Assembly: GCF_000002865.3 (NCBI RefSeq)
Contig: NW_001865062.1
Coordinates: 537,314 to 601,313, forward strand
DNA from: Monosiga brevicollis MX1
Taxonomy: Eukaryota
Reading direction: 5' to 3'
DNA length: 64,000 nt
Shown: one piece after another, positions 36,701 through 50,353 of the stretch
Position numbering within the stretch: the stretch's first letter is position 1
Layout of the letters: each line of letters opens with the position of its first letter
Program-made: the position numbers and the translations under genes
Notes under the pieces: generated by a model
What the model was told of the DNA's origin: nothing
The model's input: only the letters and a program-made list of their open reading frames with translations
Databases searched by the model: none

Positions 36701-39700
36701 CGCATTTGGGGGTCTAAGCGCACCAAGCAAGCCACACAACGTATAGAAGCAACAACACGGCTGAGAAAGACCCGTTCCGGGAAGAGCGCATAAATGTGCA
36801 GCGTTATCGATGCCTCGGTGTTTGCCACAACTTCGACCAGGAAGCCATGGGCATGCACAAAACACGTGGCGTTGTCAGTGGGACTCCATGTGACCGGTAG
36901 GGCCTGTGCAGCAAGCTCCACCGCTGATGTGTTAAGGCTAACCAGCTGCATGCCAGAAGCAGTCCGCACCAGGCGATCGCGCGGTCCAGCCGCAGAAGCC
37001 GCGAGCACGCCAGGCACAACAGAGCGTGGATAATTGCAGCGCTCAATCTGGCGCACGACCACTTGCCCTACAACCATGGGCGCCCGAAGGTACAGCGCCT
37101 GCTCGTCCGTGGTATCTTTGCATTGTGGAAGATTGGAAAGGTGCGTATCAACAAGTGTAAGTTCGTGGCGTTCTGTTGTCACGTTGTTACGCCGACAAAT
37201 GAGAGCGACAGTCAAGAAGGAGTTGACACTGGGTTGACTGGCTACCACGATCCGCGAGGTCGGCGTCAGGCTGTGCAGGCGAAGGAGAAATTCATGCCCG
37301 TAATCTTGCTGACACACCAGCAGCTCCAATGGAGACCCCACCAGCAAGGTCGCCTCGCGAGCTGCACCCGTGCACTGGTCCAACAAAGCATTGTCATCGA
37401 CAACGAACGAGGTAAACCATGCCCCGCTTTGAATCTGGATAAAAGTGGCGAGGACTTGCATGGAGATTTGCTCAACGCTGGGAAGCACGATGGTCTCGAC
37501 CAAGGAAAATGAAAAGTTGGACATGGAAATGCGGTACAAATTAGGACTGTGGGACCACGCGGCCGTGCGCGCAAGAACATAGACGCCCGTCGGTGCGCTT
37601 GCGCTGGCCAGGATGTCCAAGCCCGGCGGCAAAAGGGTATACTGCTGATTTTTAAAGTCAACGTTGTCAAGCTCATAGGCAATGACTCTGGGAGTCGCAT
37701 AAGACACGCTACTGTCAAAAGGGTCGACCTGCGTGATGAAGATCAGCCAAATTTGTGGTTTGTCTGCTGTTGTTATAACGTGTACATGCTCGGGCGAGTA
37801 GCCGTGGTACAGCTGAACGACCACAATCAAAAGTGAGGATGCGGGAGAATACCGCAGCGTGAACCTGGTCTGTGACCCCCTTGCGACTATTCCCATCAGG
37901 TTTGCACCCAAAGCCGTGGGAAGCAGGTCTTCCATTGTGTTGGTACCCGGAGAATGACTTGACCAACTGATGGACTTGATGGTGCCGTTCTCGTAGTTGC
38001 CTGCGTCAATCACCAGGTCCATTGTGACCAAGGTCTGCATCTCAACATTCACGGAAGGGATCCGCACAAAGGAGAGGTTGGTGGAATATATAAATCGAGG
38101 ACTAAGGATGGTGAACCTGGGCAGCCGTCCACTTGAAAAGACCTCCCACACGCTAGACGCGACCTGAAGCCAGTACCAGCTGAGTGCATATTTACCCTGC
38201 ATGCAAACGGCCAGGGCTAGGCTTTCACCATTTGGTGCTATCTGCAACTTGCCAGCGGTGCAATTCAAGGCAGTGGGCCAGTTCTTGATGGAATGAAAGG
38301 TGTCAGTAATCAAGCTGCGAGTCCAGATCGGTCGCCCCACATCGCTAATGGCCAAGTAGGAGAGCGATGTATCCACTAGCGTGCGATCCACAAGCAGGCT
38401 TTGCATCAATGTTGCTGGCTGGTCACAATCGCATTGGAGGCCTACTATCTCCACGTAAATATCGACTGTTTGGACCTTCTCAGGCAGCGCAAAGACAACG
38501 CTCACAGCCAGGCGGTGTGTGCCGACGGCTGGAATAACCAAGGTAAAATCACCCGTGTACTTGCTAATCAAGACATTGTGGTTCCGCGATGAAGCCATGT
38601 ACACACTCGCTGAAACGGCGTCGCCAAATGTCACAACGCGTAGAGATGCCGTATTCAGACGGCACGGCATGGCAAAGGCTACTTCGGCAAGTCCAGGAAA
38701 GACGTTCTGAAGGCGAAAGTTGCGTGATGGGTGCAAGCAATCCAAGACAAACTGCTGCAATTCCACACCCAGAAGAGCAGCAATGCCCATGTCTGCCAGT
38801 GTATAGTGAAACCGAGAGATGTTATACTGTGAATGGCTAACTGCCAGCACCGTTTGAGTGCTTGAGTAATGGCCGCGAAGGTGGAAGTTCCAGCCTGTGG
38901 GGACGTCAGCCAACCAAACGTCTGGGGAATTGCGCGATATGAAATCAAAAGCGACAATGCGGCGGCCACATTGGCAGGCAATCGTGTCATGATTGCGCAC
39001 GCTCAAGATGTTACAACCGGGCACCTGCCAGACGGGATACGAATCGACTGACAGATCCACTACAAGAACCGAAAAATCGTTGGCCTGCAGACCTTGTGCC
39101 TCCGCAAGAACATGAGAGCCCGTGCTGATCACGCGCGTGAATGTCGCACCGCGAATAGATCTGTACGCCACAGAAGAGCGCAGGGTGTCAATAATGAAAA
39201 TTTGATTCAAGCCTGGCAGCGTCCCGACAATGTGGTGCCTGGTTTGATTCTGAGAAATTGCAATCGTCAGGTCCTCCGCAGGGTCAATGTTTGTTGTAGT
39301 CGCATTCCAGCCGAGACTTCCGTTTGTCAATAGGGGAAAGATATAAATCTGCGCCGAGGCAGAGTACGGCACTGAGCTGTAGATTTGGGATGAAGAGATC
39401 TCATTGATCGCTGCAAGCACTCGGCCGAGCCCAGGCAAGAGCTGGTCATCATTGGACCAAGAACTGGAGAGGACGAGGAGTTCGCCATTGGTTGCTCGAA
39501 CCAAGATCCCTGAGAGCTGAGGGCTACGAGCGTCCAGAGCTGCCATCGACACGAAAAGCTGTCCGTTGCGTTCAACGACACTGTGACCAAAGCCGTATTG
39601 CCCGGGCGGCCGCGTTTCCTCCAGAGCCATAAACACGTGCGCAAGGCTAAAGGATAACATGGTATTCCCTGTCAACTGGGTGAGAGATGAAGGTGTTGGT

Positions 39701-42420
39701 AGAATGATGATTTTTTCACGACCATCACCGAGGATGGTTTGGGTGGGGCCAGCGTAGGAGCGGCTGATGTGCATATTCATAGACAATGCGAAGGTGTGAA
39801 ATAGTTGGATCCGGGGCATAGCGCCGGACCGTGTCCACAGAACCCACCAGTCCGCTGAACCGTTGGTGAACGTGCTCCACCCCATCAAAACTGCGTTTGT
39901 ATCCACCAAGACAAGTTCTATGAACATGAGGTAGTGCGTGAGGCTAAGTCGCACGTGAAAGACAAGAAACATGAAGAAGCTAGCGAAAGCAATGGAAAGT
40001 AGAAGAAGGCTTGGTCAAAGGGTGCAATCTGTTTCGTTTTTGGTTTTGTTTTGTTTTTCTTTGTTTTGTCGGTAAGAAAGAAGGAAATAGATGAGAGCAT
40101 GAATACAAGATTGTAACAAAGGTGCACACCTCGAGCAGTGCCGTTTTGAAACGAGTAGCCATGACAAGTCGTCTGATCCACATCGCATAGTATCAGGAGA
40201 GAGACCAGTTCCTCGATCGGAGACCAGATTTCACTTCGGTAGGATGAGGCCTGAGGCCACACCGCAAAGCTCACGTGCACAGTCGCAATATCAAAAGCCC
40301 ATTGGCGATGATCGACATATTGCCAGATGACCAGCCCTAAAGAAAGGAAAGGAACAGATCAAAAGGCAGAGGCGCGAGTACCATGAATGCAAGGACATTC
40401 CTGATTCAAAATGGTAGTTCTTCATGAGGAGGAGCGACAAATATGCCACAAGGTGTTGGACAAACCTGAATCGTCTTCGTCCTGCACGGTTTGCTGCAGG
40501 TGAATGATAAACATGGCGTCAGTGCTGGTGACCACGAGGTAGACTTCAATCATATGCGAGAACCATTCCAAGCTGCGCGCCCGCAGAGCGGCCACTCGGA
40601 GGCCGAAGCCATTTGCGTTCAAAAACTCGGCATGCAGTGGGCGCACGGACTGGGGAAACCCCACTGCAAGTGATGGAAGCAACAGAACACGGCGCGAACG
40701 TGAGAATGTAACATCGAGCCCACCCGGCAACCCATGCTCAGCGCCCCATGTCTTGACAAGCGTCAACGCCAAGGAAAGACGAGAGGAACCAGAGAGATGG
40801 GTTCGCAAAAGAAAAAAAAAAGCAAGACACCCAGGCACAAAGGGATAGTCAGATCCCTTGATATGAGGTGACTAGACTTGCACTCTTGGATCTGTTTTCA
40901 AAAAGAAACGCACTTGCGCCATCAGAAAGGATCACGTCGCCCGGGGTGGTTGCGCCTTGCACGATGCTTTCTGGTGCGGCGAATGCAACGCTGCGAAGCC
41001 GTGGCGCAAGCTCCAAGCGAGCGGATTGGCCGCTCAGATCTTCACCACACTCCAAACATGCGGTACTGTGCGTCGCATGCGGATTCTCAAGGATGACAAT
41101 ATCAGCACCTACGTGGCGGGCATCTACAGGGCCACGCCGACGCTGTGTCGACGCAAGAGATTGAAATGATCATGCATCGTGAGCCGTGAGCCACAGGCCC
41201 ATTAAACGGGCTTTTTTGAAAAACTGACATCAACAAGAACAAATGCCAACGGGTGCGAGGCCGATCTCGCACCTGCACATCGAGCACGTATACAATCCAG
41301 GGGTCGGTTTCAATGTTTTGTGAATCAAAATCGGCGACAAAAAACGAAAATTCGGCCGCTGCGGTGGGCGATATCCATATTCAAGAGTACATGCGTATGG
41401 CGTCGGACAAGGAGAAGGGTGAGGCACAGGCACGGCTCAAAGACAGCCTGACCATTCGGGATGTGCGCGGCCAGACATGCGGTCATCGAGCCGCACGTGC
41501 AGGATTTCGCGAGAAACAGCAGAGAACGTACTTTCAATATCGTAGCTTCCACGAATTAGTGCCCCCTTGTTGTTACTGGCACCAGGAGCACTGATAAAGA
41601 AAAGGAGCTGTTCCTGCAAGGAATGAGTCATGCGCTTGAGTCTTGGGCTGGCACGGGGCTGAGGCCAGAGCCAAATTTACAATGATACGTTACATCAAAA
41701 CATAGGGTGCACGAACCGATTCGCCAAGGAAGTCGGATACGACAGTGTGCATCTGAAGGAAACGAACGCTGGCGCCAAAGAGCGCTCCAGTCTGCGTGGT
41801 ATTGATTAGCTGCAGCCCCGGCATCGAGCGGCTGATCTGAAAGAGAGTACCTGTGAAAAAATTGGCCGGTGGTGACTTGAGATGCTGGGGCATGACAAGC
41901 GCGAAAAAAAAAACAGCGATAGAGTAGTAAGCAATTGATATAGGAATGCTGCATCTTGAACCCACCTCGCTGATGATCATGAAAAAAAACCGTTCCACAA
42001 TTGGGGCCCTCGTCACAGACAGTGCCAGGCTCTCCCAGGATGGAGTAACTATATCCAGTCTATATACACCCTCGGATTGAGCGTCGTGAGGCATAATAAA
42101 AATAGCCCGTGTAGGTGCGGCAAGGACACTAGCATCAATGGCAAAAGGGTCAGCAGGCAAAGAGACAAGGGAGTCAGTCGTACCCCTGGGTCGATGAAAA
42201 AATCACGCGAGGGAGCTGGATCCATTCTATTGTAGATGTGTCAGAGAGGTAGCAAATGAGGTGACGCGCAGTGACAATTTTCCGAGCGCCGATCGATGAT
42301 GTGCGACGTGGCTCACCCATTGACGCGGGGGAGGAGGAGCACGTTCAAGAGGAACGCCAAAGCAAGCACTGGGAGGGTTAAGCAGCCCCGTGACAGGCGC
42401 CGTGCATACCCAACCATCAT
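30726..42420 (-). CDS. Very large receptor tyrosine kinase
   Basis: Signal peptide ...[22 protein letters not shown]. Long exons inside ORFs 34741-39972 and 32763-34487. Poly-Thr stalk. [25 protein letters not shown] motifs [62 protein letters not shown]. Joining all ectodomain exons into one gene is inferred. Confidence 0.85.
33110..33160 (-). repeat. Coding (ACN)n poly-threonine tract (mucin-like stalk)
   Basis: GTTGTCGTT... run on the + strand encodes about 16 Thr just N-terminal to the TM helix. Confidence 0.9.
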
Positions 42421-43252
42421 GTGTGGTTGAGGCCGGCAGCGCGCCCGCCGGCTGGGCACCACTCGTCTGCCTTTACCCGCAACCAAAATGCCTGAACATG
42501 ATGTTGTGACACCCGATGATGGTCCTAGGCAGCTGACCGCACGAGGAAAGGAGGTCAGCAAACGTGAGCGACCAACGCGACTCTCACGAGGACGGGGCAA
42601 CCAACTTCTGGCCACAGCCAGCCACTTGGCGCCGCCCTCGACGCTCAGCACACGCACCAGTCACGCGACAAGTCCAGCGACCACACACACACACCAACGT
42701 GTCGTGTGTGTCGTCGTGTGTGTGTGTGTCGTGTGTCGTGTGTTTTTTTTTTTTTGGGTCGAAAATCAAGGACGAGGACGACAGTATGTATTTTACTTTT
42801 TGTGTACTGTGGAATGTCGCTTGTTATGCGTTGGGGTGTTATGGGTAAAAAGTATTTTGGGGGATGATCTGGAAGGGGGCTGAATCAGAAGTATTATACT
42901 TGATTGATTGAGCGATCGATAATACTGAAAAAGTGAGAGGTGTTTGAAAAGTGGTCCAGTGATTCAGAAAATAAACACCCAATTCCTGTCTTGACGTGAT
43001 TCTCACACACGCGTTCGAGTTGTCTCTCTCTTTTTATTTTTTCACTCTCTCGCGGTACGTGAAATGGCGGCGGCAGCAGCTGTGGAGTCAAGGGGCATCT
43101 CAACGGGGCGTGGGAAGCCAGGATGAACGTGGTGCTCGTGAAGCATTTGGGGCAACTTGCTGTTGCTGTTGGGCTTGTTCCTTTTTTTTTATTGCGGCTG
43201 GACTCATGATGGCATTGCTAAACTCCTTCTTGAGCTCGCTAGACCTTGAAGT

Positions 43253-43765
43253 ATGCATCGTACCATTCAGCTGCTGAAGCGGTTGCAGCTCGTCGGCACG
43301 GTCGTGTCGCAGCCAACCCAGATGGAGAAGACGGCCAAGGTCCTCGTAACCCGGCTCTTTCGTCATCCAGTCACTGAAAAGGTTCGCCCTGCTGTCATTG
43401 GCTAGCATGTGTCTTGACTGGTCTGGACACTTTTTTTTTTCAATCTTTTTCTCCCTGGCACCCGAATCTCCTCTTTCGGTCACCTTTGCTCTTCTCCTCC
43501 GGCTCACGTTTTGCCCAAATCTCGCTCATCTCTTCGTGGATGCAACAAACCTGGCATTGCTTGGGTGTAGGTGATGAAGCAGCGCAAGAAATACTTGGTC
43601 CATGACGAGCTGAGCGCACGCATGCCTGGCGATGTCGTGCGGATCGAGGAGTGCCGTCCCCTGAGCCGCCGCAAGCACTTTGCCATTGTCGAGATTTTGC
43701 GAGAGGCTGAACGCTTCGAGCACCCCATCACCGGCCGTATTCTCACAAAAGCTAGCGATCACTAG
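43253..43765 (+). CDS. MRPS17: Mitochondrial ribosomal protein S17 (uS17m)
   Basis: Exons 43253-43381 and 43571-43765 give [44 protein letters not shown]...[18 protein letters not shown], the bacterial-type uS17 signature. Confidence 0.9.
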
Positions 43766-44568
43766 GCGGTGTCCCTCTCGCGCCGTCTTGGCCTGATATC
43801 AAACTGTGTGGCACCATGATCGGTGTGGAACCCAGGTCATATCGTCCCGTCCACACTTGTGGGCGGTGGTCGACTCGAGCCACCATATGAATCATTGTTA
43901 TTTGAGCAGCTTGATCCTCTTGCACACGCATGGTGTGCTTCTTCTCGCTGCTCGCACCGTTTGAGATATTTCCTGGTTCTCTGCTTTGCTCGTCTCGTTT
44001 TGTTGTTCGTCCCCGGTCTTGGCCTGCCCGGCCTGTTTGTCGAGATTGCCCTGTCCAAAAGTGTCCAAACGCTAATCAGGTCTTTCTTGTTTGCCATCTT
44101 TTTTCTCCCTCTTCTCCTGTGACTTTTTTTTTTCTTCTTCCTCCGTCTTTGCTAGCCCTCACAGATGAAGAGTCTGACTGCAAGCACTGACTGCTTCTCT
44201 TGTTTTTTTTTTTTTTTTGTTTTTTTTTGGATTTGCCTTGGACCTGCTGGTGCCGCGCACTTTGCTCGTGTCAATGTTCTAGGTTTGAATGTCCTGGTTG
44301 TCAAGGTGTCGCTAGTCGTATGCAAGTGCTCATGACATGACCCCGATTCACCAACCTGGAATCGATTTGGCAAATTTTTTATATCCTTGACTCTCCACGC
44401 GATCTCGCTTCATGCCATGCTCGGGTAGTTGCGCCTGCTTCGCACCCGAGCCGTGGCAGGCTCTCGATATCGTATGAACAAGAGTTGGCCCTTTTGGTGG
44501 CTCGATCATGCTCAGGTAGGGTGACACGCGTTAACATACTCCTGCTCCTGCAACAGCTACAAAGACAT

Positions 44569-45718
44569 TTATGCTGCATCATCCTTGGGACGATGGACGG
44601 GTGAGATTTGCGGCAGAGGTGCTTGGACGCCCGGCTCGTTAGGATCCGGCATATCTCGTACAGCTACGTGACATCCACACCCCGATGAGATTGACCGTCA
44701 CACAGCATCGCTTTGCCTCCATGTGATTTTGACCGTGGCCCCATACCAGTGCCAAAGCAGATGACAAAACAAGAAACTCCTGTCGTGTTTGAATCGGTGG
44801 CTGCCGACTCGTATCGCACCTACATCCCCAGAATCAGTATACGAATCAGCACGGTAGCCATGTTGATCGTGTGTTCCGACGCACCAATGGATCGAGGAGT
44901 CAGGCACATACTCGGACAATGGCCGTCGCACCGAGCCGCTGGGCATGGATCATGGCGTTGTGCGTCGCTTCGGCCGTTGTGTTGGCAAACAGTTCCTGTC
45001 GAGTAAGACGACCAGCAGTCACGGCGTGAGACGTAACCTCGAAGAATTGACTCAGCCAGTCCGCACCTCATAATCCATCAGCTGGCCGCCGATGATGCCG
45101 CGAAAGCGCTGGATAAGGTCGGTGATGAACGATTTTGACCGGGCCTGTACGCGGTGTCGTTGCACCCATGGCATGACGACGATCGTGAGGGTCTGTCATG
45201 GGGTGAGTCAATGAGGTTGGGCGGTCGTGCGCGCACCGCAGTGCCAACAACAACGCCCAGCTCTTCTTGCACTTTGCGTCCGCGAATGCTGTCGCGGGTG
45301 GTCAGGCGAATGTGGGTAGCCTCGTCAAACTCCAAGGTGCTGTGGCCATGTGAGAATAGAAAGACCCAAGAGAGGGGGATGACTCAGTTGTCAGGTGGCA
45401 CGGCACGGTCAGCGCGACATGGCGTTGGCCAGTGGACAAGGTCACGCACTTTGTATCCACCACGTTCTCGCGATAGGCTCGATCCGAGTCGTCCGAGCTC
45501 AGCAATCGACCAGCTAAATGTCGCCCGGCACCCTGTGCTCCTGCGCTGGTGGTGTAGCCGGCTGGTAGGCTTGCTTGTCGCAGCGCAGCGACCTATCAGA
45601 CACCACCGCCAGCTGTTGAGTGCAGGCGTCCACACACATCCCCAGCCCCGCTACCTCTTCTGATCACACACCATACACAAGCTACCCGACGTACCCGTGC
45701 CATGAGACGAGCAGCCAT
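44569..45718 (-). CDS. YbjQ/UPF0145-family (putative heavy-metal-binding) protein with an N-terminal extension
   Basis: Spliced IRLTTRDSIRGRKVQEELGVVVGTA|ARSKSFITDLIQRFRGIIGGQLMDYE|ELFANTTAEATHNAMIHAQRLGATAIVR|VRYES...CFVICFGT|AVR matches the YbjQ pattern TT..I.G......LG.V.G...D......I.GG....YE...A..LGA.A....R.....GTAV. The N-terminal exons are less certain. Confidence 0.8.
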
Positions 45719-45842
45719 GACGCCCTGGATTCTCACACCTCCCGCGTCAGTGTCTTGCCGTGTCGTGTCGTGTCAGTGACCTGGTACTCTCTCCTGCTCT
45801 CCTGCTAGCGATGCGTTTTCGGCAAAAAGTGTGTCTGTAAGT

Positions 45843-45873
<31 letters not shown>

Positions 45874-46524
45874 GGGGGGTGGGTGGGTGGTTTGAATTTT
45901 TTCATATTTTTCTCGAATTTTTACGTATTTTCTTCGAAAGGGGGGAGGTCGGTCCCGGCCACATTTGTCAATCGTCATCTTGCTTTTGGGTGGCAAATGT
46001 AGGTGTGCCTGGTCTGTACCGTCGCTGGTACTCCGTGCCCAGTTGACGTTTGGATCTTCTGACCATTGGATGTGTGTTGGGCCACTCCAAACTGATCCAG
46101 TTTACTCAATTTGGTGCTTTGATTTGAATCAGTTTGTTAAATGAGCAGCATGTGCTGTTTGCGAGGGTGGTTCGGATAAAAGTGTAAACATCGAATGTCA
46201 AGCTGTCTAAAATCCAGTGACCAACGTCTATAACGGGTGCACGTCTGTAACAGCATGACCCCATTCCACGATGCCCACTTTTGAAGACGAGTTTGTATGG
46301 AGGGGTGAGCGGCACGTGGGTTCGTCGACGACGGCTCTGACGACCAATCATCGGAACGAGCATACTCCACCACAACCATGGGTCGGTAGACGGTGGGATT
46401 GGACGGAGCCAAAGCACAAGCACACGTCAATTGTCAATCAACAAAAAACAGGGAAGCACATGCGCGCAGAAATTAGCACGTCTCGGAAACAAAAACAACA
46501 ATAAAGCAGCCAACGTAGCCGAGC

Positions 46525-48655
46525 TCAATTGGCAGCGGCGGCGGGAGCACCAGTGGCGGCAGCGGCCTGCATCTCCTCTGGATTCATCTGGCGCACGACC
46601 TGAAAGCTGGAGGTGAAGTCATAGCTGATGCTGGGAATGATCACCTGCAGGAACTTGAGGAAGATGACCATGTAGCTAGCAAACGAGGACAAGCAGGGCA
46701 GAAGTCGTCGTGGTGAGCCGATCCACGCGAGGTCAACAAAGGGTTGGGTGGGGGTGTTTGAGGCAGGTCAAGACATACTACTTGACGTCAAGGGCAGCAC
46801 CATCCGAAACAGTGTCCATCATATTCTTCATGGCCTCGGCATGCCTGGGGCACATCGCAAGAAGACGTACAAGGAGTTGGTCAGACCACGGTCTGCGAAC
46901 GCAGTGCAAGTGACGCGGGTTGGAGGGCACCCATGATACGCACTTGCAGGGGTGAATAGACACCCAGTGATCGGGAAGATGCGGGTGCTGCTCCAGAGTC
47001 ACTGTTTTGTTTGCGTGATCCACGCTAAAGTCTGACTCCCACTCGTCGCCCTGTTGTCAACAACACACACACACACACACACACAAAAAAAAGGCATCGG
47101 GCGGACGTTAATAGTCATGTGAGGAACCAGAGTTGCAGCGTCTCCGAGTGAGTCAACCACGCGAGGTTTAGAACCAACACGCACCTGGAGAGGCTCCCCG
47201 GAAGCCGCATAGCCGCGCAACCAAACGCGCGGCGTCTAAGTTCAGAGCACGCCAGGATGGGTCATCAACGGCAGCAGAACAGGCTGAGCACCAAGGTGCA
47301 AAGCGCGGCCAGAACACAAAGAAGCAGAGCCGGGGGACAGACCGAGTAATGTCCATCGTAGTGAATGGTGATGTCGTACGTGCGGAGCTGACGCACTGTC
47401 TCCTCAGCCGCCTGGACACAGGGCACCAACACGGAAGGAGCCGTGAGGACGAGGTCGACAGTCTGCAAGACTGGGCGGATGGTCCAAAGGGTCAAAGCCA
47501 CCTACGCCACTGTCGTCATCGTCGACCACGGCAGCACCAGAGTAATCCTCATCTATCCCAGGTATCGCACAGAAAAGGAGGAGGTCGATGGTGAGCGGCC
47601 ATCCGGCCAGCCACTCGGGCTGCCCACCGCGTGAAGAGTGTGAAGGCGAGACGGTCAGTGCCACGTGAGACGCACCCTCAAGGGTGGGAATGTCATCGTC
47701 ATCATCAAGGTCATCGGGATCGACTGGCGCTTGCGTAGTTTGAGTCTTTTCTTCGGGCAGCTCATCCACCGTGTCCGTCATGCCTGAAAAGATGCAATTT
47801 TGTGCACCCGGGCCGGGCAGCGCAAAGCAAGGTCAACCCAGCGCCTGACATGGCTGCGAAGCGGGCTTGGCAACGCGCCATGTTCGCTGACCTTGAATGG
47901 AGGTGGCTACCCAAGCTTCGTCATCACTGCCCTCGACGATCATCTCTTCAACCTCGCGGTCTTCTTGAGGGAAGCAAGGAACTACGACAAAGGAAAAACG
48001 GGCAAGCACGCCAGGTCACGCACCCATAACCCATGCCTGTCATGGTATGCAATGGAGTCAGTCGAGGGGCGGCACCGACCGTTGCGGGTCTGAAGGTACT
48101 GCTTGTCAGCGGGCAAATGCTTGCGTTGTTTCTCAGGCAAGCCCGAGCCCCTATAGAAAGTGAGAAGGCCGGCGTGAGTGCGAACAAAGACAAACGCAAC
48201 GACGAGGAGAGCGGAAGAGAGAAGGAGGCGTGGGAAAGAGACGGAAGAGTGGGGGAGCGAAGCGTCGCTGGGACGGCTGGTCATGGGCGTTGCTTCGACT
48301 CTCAAACGCACCAGGACCAAGAGGGAAAGTTGCTCACAAGAAAGTCGCCAGCTTTGACAAACTGCTCGAGACCGCAATCCAAACCAAAATTGCAAGCCAG
48401 TGAGCACGAGCAAACGCCCGCACGCGGGGCGGATACAAACCGGGGGTGTCACACAGTACTCACATCATCAGCGCTGATCTTGCCCGTCTTCTGGAAATCA
48501 GACTTCTGCTCGGATGGTCCAGATGGCATGAGGAGCCAGAGGAAACCCGTGCAAGCAAGCTTCAATCAGTGCACCTCACTCACCTGTGTGCCCGTGCTGA
48601 AAGCATCAAGCGTCAAGAAGAGCTGCTGGCTCAGCTTGTTGCGGAAGGATGCCAT
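46525..48655 (-). CDS. ATG3: Autophagy E2-like enzyme Atg3
   Basis: SDFQKTGKISADE|FVKAGDFLVSNFPSWSW, LPADKQYLQTRN|VPC, an acidic flexible region, RTYDITIHYDGHYS|TPRVWLRGY, DHANKTVTLEQHP, catalytic SIHPCK|HAEAMK, YMVIFLKFLQVIIPSISYDFT. Confidence 0.95.
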
Positions 48656-48709
48656 GGTCACTTGTCACCGTCACCGTCGCCGTCACACTGGGGTTTTTGG
48701 TTGAATGAC

Positions 48710-48879
48710 AGAGATAGAGAGAGAGAGATTTGGTTTGATAGAGAGGCAGAGAGATGGAGAGGAGAGAGAGATTTGGTTTGAGAGACAGAGAGATATAGAG
48801 AGAGGGTTTGAGAGATGTGAATTGGTTTGAGAGATGTGAATTGGTTGGAGAGAGAGTTTTTGAGAGAGAGAGAGAGAGA
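48710..48879. repeat. AG-rich minisatellite-like tract between the divergent ATG3 and HDDC2 genes
   Basis: (AG)n interrupted by repeated ATTTGGTTTG and GATGTGAATTGGTT units. Confidence 0.8.
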
Positions 48880-49073
48880 TAAAAAGGCAACAAACGTAGC
48901 CTTCTTTATGTGCAACAACATCTGTTTTCAACGCAGAAAGTAGCTGATGTATCAAGTTATAGACGTTATGTAGATATAATAACACAGCTAGAGTCATAAA
49001 ACGTATCAGTTTATCGAGTTTATGTTGGCCATTGTTGTCAGCCCATTGTCAGACAAACCGTGCTGGTTGCGAC

Positions 49074-50240
49074 ATGGATGCGCTTCCGACGAGTTGGCAT
49101 CGGGCCGAGCACCCGGCGCTGGATCCCGTGGCGGCGAGTGATGCAGCGGTTGGGGGAGCAGAGGCGGCGTCGATACTCCGGTTTGCGCTTGTTAGTTTGC
49201 CTCGGTGTTGCTGTGTTGAGGCTGGAGGTTGCTCGTGGGATGGATGCCGGCAGGCTTGCTGATGGCGAGCGACCACACGTAGGCGGTGGGAGGTTGCAAA
49301 CGGCAGCTGCGTCGCGGATGGCAGCTCTACCCCATCGAGCGCGTCGAGTCGGTGGGAGACCACATGCATCGAATGGCCCTGCTGACCATGCTTCTTCCGG
49401 CCTCTGTGCCGGGGCTTGGGCTTGTCGACCGCACTCGGTATGTTGGTGCCGTTGGTACGCGCGACGTGCGCGCGACGGGCGCTGACTTACCCCTGTCTGT
49501 TTTTCCAATACCGGCCATGCTGTTCCAACCCGACACCAGCTGCATGGAGATGGCTCTGATTCATGACCTCGCAGAAGCCCTTGTTGGCGACGTGACCCCA
49601 CATGACAACGTGCCGAAAACGGACAAACATCAGCGCGAACAGGTCTAATAGGCGATGCTGCGCCTGCTCAACCACTGGGCGTTCAGTCGAGCTTACATCA
49701 TGGCCGCTAAATGCGTGCACTCACTACTAGACGAGCATGGCTGCAATCCTGGCAGCATTGCCCCCCGCCTTTCAGGACCGAGGCCAACACTTGAACGAGC
49801 TATGGAACCTTTACGAGCAAGGCCAAAGTCCTGGTGCGTCGTCCCCTTCGCCGTTGCACCATGTTCTCCTTAGCCTTGTCATTTATCCAACCTGCTCGCA
49901 GAGGCGCTTCTTGTGAAAGACCTCGACCGTTATGACATGCTCGTGCAAGCACTCGATTATGAAACCACGGAGGGTCGGCTCAGCGTGGGTGAACTCGAGA
50001 CATTCTTTGCCTCGACACTAGGTACCTAGGTCCAGCTCGCACACACTCTCTGTTTGCCATCCCGCTTGGTGCAACTCGTTGTCCATACTCCTCCGCCGCT
50101 CTTCCTCACTCTGTCTGACTCTGGCTCTCGACCGAGTAGACAAGTTCAAGACCACAATTGTGCAGGGCTGGGCGCAAGAGCTCGCTACGGCCCGACGCGC
50201 TGCCCAAGCCAAGGCCAGTGATGCAAGGCTGCTTTCTTAA
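49074..50240 (+). CDS. HDDC2: HD-domain 5'-deoxynucleotidase (HDDC2/YGK1-like)
   Basis: KRQLRRGW...ESVGDHMHRMA, CMEMALIHDLAEALVGDVTPHD...KHQRE, ELWNLYE, EALLVKDLDRYDMLVQALDYE, FFAST. Confidence 0.92.
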
Positions 50241-50353
50241 AAAAACCCAAGCGTGATGCTCTCATGCAGTGAGAGGCAGGCACTGAGTCGTCCGTGACGA
50301 CCAATCGATGCGCGCGTCTTCCACCCGAATGACCAGAATGTCGTCTCAATTCT

